In this document: positions 26,801 through 38,800 of the stretch, piece after piece
How positions within the stretch are numbered: position 1 is the stretch's first letter
How the letters are laid out: each line of letters begins with the position of its first letter
Source of the DNA: Cetorhinus maximus
Lineage: Eukaryota
Assembly: GCF_964194155.1 (NCBI RefSeq)
Contig: NC_135879.1
Coordinates: forward strand, 68,262,001-68,326,000
Direction: 5' to 3'
Length of the DNA: 64,000 nt
Made by a program: the position numbers and the translations under genes
The notes under the pieces: generated by a model
What the model saw: only the letters and a program-made list of their open reading frames with translations
Told to the model about the DNA's origin: nothing
Database searches by the model: none

Positions 26801-29800
26801 GCTGTCCGGGCTTGGGAGACTATGAGGTTGGAAGCTGTGGAGGGCAGATCTCCAGAGGAGATGAGATCATTGACAGTCTTGGAAACAATGACTTTTAGTT
26901 CAGTGGCGGGGTCGTGGTCCAGGGGGATGTAGGAGGAAGTGTCTGAGAGTTGGTGCTCAGCCTCTGCGAGGTGTAGGTCAGTGCGCCAGACAACAACAGC
27001 ACCACCCTTGTCGGCAGGTTTGATAATAAAGTCAGTGTTGGACCTAAGAGAACGGGGTGCAGCAAGTTCAGAAGGAGACAGGTTAGAGTGGGTGAGAGGA
27101 GCAGAGAAATTGAGACAGCCAATGTCACGCCGACAGTTCTCAATGAGGCCCTTTACCGATTAGGCACTTTACAGCCTTCTGGAGTTCTTGATACATATAT
27201 TATTATGGCAAATTGCTGCATTGTTTCTGAATTAACAATGGTGAGTGCCATTAATCTGCCATTCTTTTTCCACCCATTCCTGGCTCAATATTCATTGCCG
27301 TTTTGTGCACAGTTCATCTCCTGGGCCTGCAATGACTGGAAGGTTGGAATGAGCTGCCCCATATTTATTGCACCAGAACCCTTACAATCACCAAAAGAGT
27401 AAACTTTAATCTCATCACACTGGGTTAGACTCCTGTAGTGTGAGTCTATTATGTGTTCCTTCTATCCAAGCAGCACTAGATAATCCCTTCATACTACATT
27501 ACTTAATGATCAACTCTAAAACACTAGCACTATGATTGATCATGGCACGAACATCTGAGTCACAGGATCTGACTGTTTTAGTTACAATAAAAGATGCCTG
27601 TAGCTCAATGCATGTTTCTTTCATGAATAATTTGGGGCACTTTAGTTAACAGTATAAATTGTTAAAAAATGCCTAGGAACTTGCCATTAAATTCAGTGTT
27701 TTGGAGTCAGGGGTTGTTGGTTTAATGTAGGCTGACATTGCAATGTATAGTGTAGGGACTGTTGTATTGTCAGAGGTGCCATCTTTCAGATGAAACTTTA
27801 GGCAGAGCCCTTTTCAAAAACCTTTCATAGAGAAGCAAGTTTAAAAATGGATATTAAGCCAAAGAATCTGGTATTAGAAGAGGTGTCTGATTTTTTTTTT
27901 AAACTGAGGGTTTTAAAGGCCTCGAAGGAGAGGAGGGGAATACAGAAGTCAAACAGTTCAGGAAGGAAATTCCAGTTTGCGATCAAAGCAGCTGAAGAGG
28001 GTGCACCCAGTGCTGGACAAAGGGAGGCAGGAAAGCACAAGGAGCTGGAGTCAGAGAAATGGAGAGTTTGGGTGGGCTATAGCACTAGAGGAAGTTACAT
28101 TGATAAGAAGGGGGCAAAAACATGCAACAATCTGAAAACCAGGATGAGAATTTTGAGTTTGAACTGTTGGGGACCAGAAGCCAACATAGGTTTATGGTGG
28201 CAGGGGTGATGCGAGAATGAAACATGGTTTTGGATAGGGTGTGGCAGCAGAGTCTTGGATGAGTTCAAATTTATGGAGAGTGGAGGATGAGAGACCAGCC
28301 AGGTCTCAAAGTGTCAAAAGCATGGATGAGGGTTCCAGTGTAGATGGGTTGAGGTTGGACAAAGACAGGCAATGTTACGGAGGTAAAACTAAGTGGTCTT
28401 TGTCAGGGAGGGACTATGGGGGTCAGGTCCCACCAAGAACAGATTAAGTGTTCACTTATTCCATTGCTACTTAGAGGACTTTGTGTGCCAATTGGCTGCT
28501 ATATTTGACTTAACATCAAAAGAAGTAACTCATTGGCAGCGAAAGCTTTGGGACATTACTTAGCACATATATTAAGCACTATTTAACTGCCAAAATCTGC
28601 TTTCATTGCATGTTAACTACTATTTTGTCAGGACAGACAAAATCAAACAAGCTGCAATACAGAAATACGGGAAATCTTTGATAAAGCAGTCTAGAGTTAC
28701 TATTTAACCTGTTGTAACTACTGTTAAGGTTCATTTCTTTGCATAGTGACAGATGCTACTTCAGGTATTCACTGTGTAATCTTTGGGTTAGCTTTTTGCC
28801 TTGACATTTGGGGGGGTAATCTGGCAGAGTGGATGTCCGATCTGTCAGAGAATCTATCTGATGTCAATTATATTGAAAATCTAGCCCAGAGTGTTCTCAG
28901 ACCTTTAACTCTATCAGTGTTTTGTTTAGTAAGTGCATTGTCTCTCATGTTGATTTCTAAGTATTTGAGCATACTAACTGGCCAGCACCCTGCCTCAGCG
29001 TGTTATTTCTCCTATCACTCTTGCAATCTGACTTTTGCTTCCAACAACAAATGAACAAATTAATTACCTGACTAATGGGATTGGTTTCTATTTCACTGAT
29101 TTGCTAAAATTCTGAATCCCATAATCTGTCAGATGCAAAGAGAGTTAGAATTCCACTGTCTGGGTGGTAATCTGGCTGTATGAATTGCTAACTGATGTTG
29201 TGTTCAAGTCTAACTGATGTAATTGATTCATTTAGAATGTTACATGATGTCTTGTTGGTTACTGAATGAAGATAATGCCACCAACATTTTAGGACATGTA
29301 GGATTTAGGCATCTGAGAGAATTGTTCATTTATCAGATTTATACAGTGCATACATATTGAAATAATCAGTTTAGATCATATACTTCATTCCAGTTTGCAC
29401 ATCAATTAAATTGAAAAATGCTCTATAACTGATCAATATCCTCTAATTTTGTATTTGACCTGTTCATGATTTTGCACTTATTAAAATTCCTTACCCATGG
29501 TTAAGTTGGCAAAGCCAAGCACAGCCAGTCGCTTTTTGTGGTCACTTAGCTGGTGTTTTGATTCTGCAATTACACCATTCACCCACAACAACAGGTTTGT
29601 AAAGACAGAATGAATCATTCCAAATCTAAAAAGAAAGTAATCTTGTAATGCACAAAAAGTGGAGTAAATACATTCAGACATCAAAACACATTTTGAACTT
29701 TACCATAGAAAACAATTTTCTGGAGGCCACAAGAGTTAAAAAATCAGAATTAAAATAAAGCAACTTAATTATGTTAAAAAGACATTAGGTCTTCAAATTA

Positions 29801-32800
29801 GTGTGAGGAGACAATTATCTCTCTTTTCAAAGATAGATTTAACTTTATAACGGTCTTTATCTTTAAAATGATGCCTAATATGGTTTATTGTTAAAATGTA
29901 TAAGCATTGTTAAAATAAAGCAGACATAACAATTAACAAGAGAGAACATGCAAGTTATTATTTATGACTCCATCACCACTGTACCAAAGTCTCTGTTTAC
30001 TATTTTTATGGAAAACTGCAAAATCCAATGGCAATTTCTCACAAGATACTGAAGTGATGGTCTAATATATCAAGAGATGAATTTCACCAGATGAAACAAA
30101 TTACATAACAATATTCTGATTGTAATCATCTATTCCATTCTCCCTTGTATGCTTGTCTAACTTTCCCTTAAATCTATACTATTCACTTCAACCACTCCCT
30201 TTGGTAGCGAGTTCCACATTCTCACCACCCTTTGATGATAAAAATTTATTCTGAATTCCATATTGAATTTCTTGGTGACTCTTATCTTGATAGCCTCTAG
30301 TTATGCTCTTGCCACAAGAGGAAACATTGTCTCTGTATCTACTCTGTCAAAGCCATTCATCATTTTAGAGGCCTCTATTAGGCCACCCCTCAGCTTCTTT
30401 TTTTCAAGAGTAAAGAGGCCCAGTCTGTTAACCCTTTCCTGATATGTACATCCACTCATTCCTGGTATCATCCATGTAAATCTTCTCTGCCCCCTTTCCA
30501 GTGCCTCCACAACCTGTTTATAATAGTGAACAGAACGGCATGCAGTACTGTGGTCTAATCAAGGTTCCATGCAAGTTAAGCATAACTTCCTTACTGTTCA
30601 ATTCAAGTGTTTGGTTTGCTTTTTTATGGCTTTGCTAACCGTGGTGCAACTTTGTGATTGATATATTTTTACTCCTGGATCTCTTTGTTCGTCAACCCCA
30701 CCTAGACTTGCATCTTCCAAGTAATAAGTGACCTCCCCATTCTTCCTACCAAACTTTGCTACCTTACATTTAATTGTGTTGAATTTCATTTGCCAATTAT
30801 TGTCCCATTCTGAAAATCTATTAATGTCCTCCTGTAATTTGTTCAGTCCTCCTCAGTATTGACAATCCCCCACAATTTGGTGTGATCATCAAATGTAGAA
30901 ATTGTGTTTTTGATTCCAAAGTCCTATTAGTTAATGAAAATTGTGAACAGCAATGGTTGCAGCACTGATCCTGGTGAAACACTCCTTCCCACCTTCTGCT
31001 ACTCTGAATAACTACACTTTATTCCCACTCTCTCCTTTCTGTCTGAAGCTAGCTAGCAATCCATTCAGCCCTTGTCCCTGACTCCACATTCTCTGACTTT
31101 ACTCATTGCTTTTTCTGAGGCATCTTGTCGAAGACCTTTTGAAAGTCCAGATAAATCACAACAACAGTTTTAACATTGTCTACTCCCTATATGTTACCTC
31201 CTCAAAAAATTCAATAAGGTTGGTCAAGTGAGATTTTTCCCTCTTGAAATCCATACTGACTATTTCCCATTTCTAGATGTTCTTCTATTTTCTTCTCTAG
31301 TAAGGATTCCATTACTTTTCCTTCCATCAATGTTAAGTTGACTGGTCTATAATTCCCAGGACACTTTCTGTCCTTAAGTATAGGAATTATATTAGGTATC
31401 CACCAGTCCTCTGGCACTACACCTTTCTTCCAGTGAATTACTAAATATGTGTAGTAATGCCTCTGCTATCTTTTCCCTAGATTCTTTTAAAATACATGGA
31501 TCCAATCCATCTGGACAAGGGGTTTTATCCTCTTTGCGTTTGTTTAGTTTATTCAGTACGTCTGCTTTTTTTTATTTTAAAGCCGCTTATCTCATTGCTC
31601 ATCTCATAAATTCAATATCATGTCTACCTGTTCTTCCTCCCTGGTAAATACCAAAGCAAAATAATTATTTAATGTTTCTTCCATCTCTCTGGTATTACCC
31701 TTAATTCCCTTCACAGCCATTCTTTTGTCGGTGATGTGTCAGTAAAATATTTTACTATTTTGTTTTATGTTCCTTGCTAGTTTAATCTCATAGATCCTCT
31801 TTGCGTAGAATGTCTCTTTGACTTCTCTCCAGATGGGACTATGATATAGTGGCAATAACAGAGACCTGGCTCAAAGCAGTGGAGGCAAGGAAACTTCATG
31901 CTCTTGGCTACAAGGTGTTCAAGAAAAACAGGAAAGCAAAAAGGAGCATGGTGTCAGTATTGACCAAAGAAACTATTGTAACACTGGAAAGGGATGATGT
32001 AGATCATGCTAAAGACAAGGAAGAATTTTCCGCACCCACCAATGGTGGGAATTGTGGCAGGCAGAGTACTTAATTTGGCCTGATTGGAAGAGTCAGTTTC
32101 CTGCCAGCGGGAAAATTCGGTTGGAATTTTGTTCTGCCAACTTTGATGGTGGGTTAAAGGCAGGTTGAATTTCCCAATAAACAATCTCGGGAACCCCATT
32201 TGCATTCATTAGCATCTCGTGCATCCTAATTAAAAGGCCACCTCACCAGAATTAAATTCATCCTCCAAATTAAGTTTCCCACCAGCGAGTGTTTAAAAAG
32301 TTCAGTTTTATGACTATTTATAAGCAGTGTTGACCTGGCGAGCTTCAGCTCTTCCATTACTTTGAGGTCAGTAAATGTTGCTTTTTCCTTCTTGGGGACC
32401 TCAAATAGCTTCACTGAAGTGCTGATAGCAAACGCTGTTCCAAGGCTGGACACAGGAGACATGCGAAGGCTGGGACGGGTGGTGGTGTAGGGTGGAAGGG
32501 AGGAGCAAAAGCTGGATGGGGGGGATGGTGTGGGGTGAAAGGGAGGAGCCAAGGCTGGAAGGGGGGATGGTGTAGAGTGGAAGGAGGCTTACTGGGAAAA
32601 TGGGGAAATGTCCACGGAAGTGGGGACGTTGTGTCTTAGATGATGGGGTCAGTGGTGTCGACGCTGGAGTCCTGGGGGGGATGAACTCAAGGTATGGGTG
32701 ATAGTAGGGAACAGTCACAGGCAGTGGGGGATGCAGTCGGGTGGTAGGTTCAGGGTGAGAGTCTGGTAGGTGAAGGTCTCATCAAGGGGGTCACAAAAGG

Positions 32801-35800
32801 GGACTAGCCAGGTGGCTCAGATCACGGGAGGGGGCAGGGTCAGGGTGGGCGTGGGGACAGTAATGGGTGTCGGCTCTGAAGGGAGGGAAGGCATGAGGAG
32901 GTGAATCATGATAGGGTCCGGGGTAACAGGGGGAGGTTACAGGGTGAAAGAGGAAGAGAAATGGTGATATTGGGTGGGTCTACTGTGATGGGGGGAAGTT
33001 GGTTGGTGACAGGGGAGGGTAGAAGGTAGTGGATTGAGTTTGAAAGGTGATGCACACCATTTTTCCAAGCTGGCCTTGACCATGCAGTTATCCACTCAGT
33101 GAGATCCCTCAAAAAGTGGGTGGAAAGTATTTTCGGATGGGTGGAGTTCAAGGTTAGCACAAGTGGCTGACTAAAGGGGCACCCTAATAATTATGAGGCA
33201 ACTGGATGTCAAAGGTGCTCAGTTGTGTTCTCCTGTCTATGGTGAAGCCCAAATTGCAGCAGGTTTGTTCCCAACTTTTGAGTATCTTAACATCGAGATC
33301 CCAGCAAGATATGGAAATGCCGTTCATTCTCTGCCATTTGTCATCGGCTGCAGTCAGAGGCAGGGATGAAGGGAGAGAGGGAGGTGGAATACCTCCAGGG
33401 GGCACAACTGGTGGAGAGCAGGCAACTCCCCGCTACAAACCTCCATCCTCCTGGATGAATGGTCATGGCTGACAAGGGCTGCCAAAGCGATGGTCTCTCT
33501 ATAGAGTCCCGGAGGTAGTGGAGACAAGCGGGATAGTGTCAGAGGGAGACACGTTGCACACGGCTCTCATCACCCTGGTCACAGAGCAATGTCTCCATAA
33601 GCAGACATGCATGAACAGGAGGAACACCAATCTCTGGTGCTCTAGGATATCCTTTACCTAAAAGGGGTGGGTGGGGATGCCATGTCTAGACGGAAGCCAG
33701 ACGAAGGGCTTCGTACTTGCCTGCTGGCTTTAAGATGGAGGGAAATCCGTAAAGTACATACTTACTAAATGTATCACTTTAATTCATTCACACATCCACT
33801 GAGGCGTCAATGATGCAGGCTGTCAGCAACTCTGCCTTGGTAATGGCTCCCATCCAGATGAGAAGAAGGAGGGCCCATCACCGGTTGACACAGGGCCAGG
33901 AGGAGCAAGGGCCTGAGCAACAAGAGGCAGCACAGCCTCTAGAAGGTCAAGGGGCAGGCGAACATGGACCACTGCAATGGCAAACATTGGCCCAACATGA
34001 CCATGGGTATATTGCTGGCAGTGCTCTTATCTAGAGATAGGCAATGCTGGAGGCGCTGTCATATATCCCGGGATGTGGTTGCTCACATCTGCCAGCTTCT
34101 CCAGTACGAGGAGTAATGCAGAGCTCCTCACCTGCATTGAGTGAATGTCTGTCTGGGTGCCCTTTAAATATGGCACCAGGACCTTTGGACCCAAGGGGTG
34201 ATGGCATGGCACTCAACTTCCTGCCCGCCTCGCCATAAGATTCGCTGAGCTCCTTGAGGGTGCATAATTAATGAACCGACCAGCGGAAGATTGCACATGT
34301 TCAGCCGTCCTGTCACCCAGTGAGAATCACGTCAACTTTCCTGCCCGTCACCGGACTTAGTCTCCAGAATGGAAAATTCCACCCAGAGTCTATTTACTGG
34401 ATGTACAGTATAGGCTTTCCAAATAGTGGGAGGGAAATAGAGGAGCAAATATGTAGAAAATTACAGAAAGATGCAAGAACTACAGAGTTGCAACTGGGCT
34501 ACTGCTTTGCAGAACACCTCCGCTCAGTCCACGAGCATAACCCCTACCCTCCTGTTGCTTCCCATTTCAATTCACCATCTTGCTCTCACGCCCACATTTC
34601 TGTCTTTGGCCTGCTATAATGTTCCAGTGAAGCCCAAAGCAAGCTGGAGGAACAGCACCTCATCTTCCAGTTAGGCACTTTACAGCCTTCTGGACTTGTT
34701 GAGTTCAACAACTTCAGACCATGAACTCTGTCATCCATTTTGATTTTTCTTCTTCCCAAAGTGCCAGTCTGTATCTTGTTCTCATGTTTTTGCTTTCAGG
34801 AAGCACTGACCCCTTTTTTCTGCTATTTTAACATACTATTTTGCTTTCAGATAGTGCTGACCTTTATTCTGCTGTTAACACCCACTTTGGATCAAAACTT
34901 CTCTAATATTATCATTACCATACCCTTTGTCTTGTGTTCCATGACATCTTTGTTGTTTAATCTCTACTGCCCTCTAACCAATCACTGAGCTTCTATTTTG
35001 CTCCACCTGCCCCTCCCCCCTTTTCCAACAGCATAAAACCCATCATATTTCTATCTCTCTCGCTCCAGTTCCGAAGAAGAGTCACATTGGACTCAAAACA
35101 TTAACTTTGTTTCTCCCTCCACAGATGCTTCCAGACCTGCTGAGTTTACCCAGCATCTTCTGTTTTTATTTCAGATTTCCAGCATCCACAGTATTTTGCT
35201 TTTATTACAGAGTAGTGGCAATGGAAACTTCACTTAGCTTAACAGAGACTAGGATAGTAACAGTGTAAAGGTAAAGAGGGGAAGGAATTTCTGAAATGTG
35301 TACAAGAGAACTTTCTCGATCAGCCCAATGAGTAAGGAAGCAGTGCTGGTTCTAGTTCTGGGGAATGAAATGGGGTAAGTAGAGGCTTGTTTCAGTGGGA
35401 GCCCATTTGGGGAACACTGAACAGAACATCATCAGGATTAGGATAGTTATGGAAAAGGGAAAGGTATAGTCAAGCATCAAAGCACATAACTGAAGGAGGA
35501 CTAACTTCAGCGAGCTAAAATTGAATCTGATCCAAGTGCACTAGAATCAAAAATTGGTAGACAAAGCAGTAAGTGAACAATGGGAGACCTTTAAAGGGGA
35601 GGTGGTTTGGGTACAACATAGACATATTCCCATAAGGGGGAAAACGAGGAGCATACAAAGCTAGAACTTCCTGGATGACTAAAGATATATAAATAAAAAC
35701 AGAACAGAAAAGACTTAGAGCAACTGCTCTTTGTACAGTAGAGAATCAAGTTGAATATAGAAAGTACAGAGGATGTCCATAAAACAGAAATAGAGAGGCA

Positions 35801-38800
35801 AAGAGGGAGTATGAGAATATATGAGTGGCAAACATAAAAGGAACAAAAAGTCTTTTATGAATATAAATAGTAAAGGGTAGTCAAAGAATGGGTGGGGCTG
35901 ATTAGGAAGCCAAGAAGAAGTGACCTGGCGGGGGCAGAGGGCATGACTGAGGTACTAAGCAAATACCTTGCATCTGTCTTCACGAGAGAAGAGGATGCTG
36001 CCAATGTAACAATAAAGGAGGAGATGAGTGAAATTGGATATGATGAAAATAAAGAGAATGTACTTAAAAAGTTGATGGTCCTTAAAGTACAAAAGTCACC
36101 CAGTCTGGATGAGATGCATCATAGATATCGGAGGGAAGTAAAAATGGAATTTGCTGAAGCCCCATCCACAATCTTCCAATCCTCTTTGGACATGGGGGTG
36201 GTTCCAGAGGGCTGATAGGTTGTAAATGTAACACCCCTGTTTAAAAAAGGAAGAGGGATAAACCCTGCACCTACAAGCCAGTCAGCCTAATCTTGGTGGT
36301 TGAGAAACTTTCAGAGACAATAATCCAGTACAAAATTAATTGGCATTTGGAAAAGTATATATATATGTAAATATATGTAAATCAACACAGGATTTGTTAA
36401 AGGCAAATTATAATTGACTAATTTGATTGAGTTCTTTCATGAAGTAACAGGGAGTGTTGATGATGGTAGTGTGGTTGATGTTGTGTATATGGACTTTCAG
36501 AAGTTGCTGACAAAGTAACCTGTTAGCATAATTAAAGTCCATGGGACTCAAGAGACATCAGCAGCATGGATAGAAAATTGTTGAAAGGTCAGAAAGCAGG
36601 GAGCAGTGGTGAATGGTTGTTTTTCAGACTGAACAGAATTATACATTTGTGTTCCCCAGGGGTCAGTATTGGGACCTCAGCTATTTTTGTTTATATTAAT
36701 GACCTGGACTTGGGTATATGGGGGATAATTTCAAATTTTACAGTTGACACAAAACCCAGAAATATAGTAAATACATTGAGCAGAATAATAACAGACTTCA
36801 GGAAGAGATAAGCTGATAAAATGGGCAGACACATGGTGATGAGATTTAATACAGAGAAATGTGAACAGATACATTTTAAGAGGAATAAGGAGAGGTTACA
36901 TGATCTAAATAGTACAATTTTAAAGGAGGCGCAGTAAAAGAGACCTGGTGGCATATGTACGTAGATCAATGAAGGTGTGAGACAAGTTGAGAAGTGTGTT
37001 AAAAAAGCATATGGAATCCTTAGTTTTATTAACAGAGGAATAAAACACCAAAGCAAGGAATTTATGCTAAGCTTTTATAAAACACTTTTTAGGTCTCAAC
37101 TAGAATACTGTCTTAGCACCAGGCTTTAGGAAATATTGGTTGTCTTATGATGAAAGGTTAGACAGACTGGGCTTGTTTCCACTGGAGTTTAGAAGAGTGA
37201 GGGGTAACTTGATTGAAGAATATAAGATACTGTATGGTATTGACAAGGTGGACGTGGAATGGATGTTTCCTCTTGTGGGTGAGTCCAGAACTAGGGGGCA
37301 CTGTTTTAAAATATGGGGTCGCCCTTTTAGGACAGAGATGAGGAGAATTGTTTTCTCTGAGAGGGTTGTGCGACTTTGGAACTTTCTGCCTCAGAAGGGG
37401 GTGGAAGTGGGGTCACTAGATATTTTTAAGGCAGAAGTAGATAGATTTTTGTTAGGCATGGGGATCAAAAGTTATCAGGTGTAGATGGGAATGTGGAATT
37501 CAAAACACAAATAGATCTTCCATGATCTTACTGAATGGCGGAGCAGGCTCGAGGGGACAAATGGCCTACTTCTGCTCCTGTGTGTTTGTATGTCAAGGCT
37601 TTAGAGACAATGCAGAAGAGTTTTACTGGAATGGTGTCAAGGATGAAGGACTTCAGTTATGTGGAGAGATTGGAGAAGCCAAGATTGTTCTCCTTGAACA
37701 GTGAAGATTAAGAGTAGATTTGATAGAGATTTTCAAAATCATGGTTTTAATAGAGTAAATAAGGAGAAACTGTTTCCAGTGGCAGAGGGATCATTAATCA
37801 GAGGACACTGATTTAAGGCTCTATAGCTATGATTTATGGGTACAGTAGCATAGAGGTTATGTTACTGGACCAGTAGAAGCCTGGATTAATGGTCCACAGA
37901 CATGATTTTAAATCCCATTGGCGAACTCAAATTCATTTAATTCAATAAATCTGGAATAATAAGTTGATAATCGTGACCCTGAAACTATCGGACTGTTGTA
38001 AAAAAAACAAATCTGGTTCATTTAAGTCCTTAGGGGAGGGAAATCTGTCATCCTTACCTCACCCTGCCCATAAATGACTCCAGATCCACAGCAACATGGC
38101 TAACTCTCAGCTGCCTTATAACATGGCCTAACAAGCCACTCTGTTGTACCAAACCACTAATCTGTGGTTCAAGAAGGTGGTTCACAACCAATTTCTCAAA
38201 GGCAAATACAGATGAGCATCAATGCTGGCATTGCCAATGATGCCCACATCCCATGATGAATAAAAAATGGTGATTGGCAAAATAATCAGAGGGGACATAA
38301 GCATTCATAATTTTACACAGCAAGTTGTTGTGATTTGGAATGCACTGCCTAATTGAATAGCAACATTCAAAATGGAGTTGATTAAAAGTTTGAAAAATAT
38401 ACGTGATTCAAAGGAGAGAACAGGAGTGGGTGATTAATTGGATAGCTCTATCATAGAGCCAATACAAGCATGATGGTCCGAAGAGCCTTTTTCTGTGCTG
38501 AATGATTCTATGATTCTAAATCTCAAGTTTTCTGAAATCTATGCACAATAATTTAATCCACAGTATAACTGAAGAAATATAAAGCAAATTTAGATTTGGT
38601 ATAGGTTTTACCTTTCTATGATTTGAAAAGTTCGAATGACATCCTTTGCATGAAACCAAAGGAAATACACCTGAAATTAAATTATTTTTTTATAAAAACA
38701 CATAGAATGCACAGGCACCACTCAATAATAATAACACTCAATAAATCAGGTAAATATACATGCCTGGGAGAGTGTGTGCACTGCATGGACGGCAGGAAAG

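Larger units (their letters stand above)
31833..38515 (+). mobile_element. CR1 LINE (endonuclease to 3' UTR) interrupted by four younger insertions
   Basis: Starts at the APE motif IVAITETWL; continues with EVLSKYLASVFTREE, PQGSVLG-like and VYINDLD; CR1 tail ATGATTCTATGATTCT near 38510. Confidence 0.8.

Noticed and set aside
33810-34034. 74-aa Gln/Glu-rich ORF
   Set aside because: Short, lies inside the Harbinger-like element and has no catalytic motif; at most a transposase N-terminal remnant.
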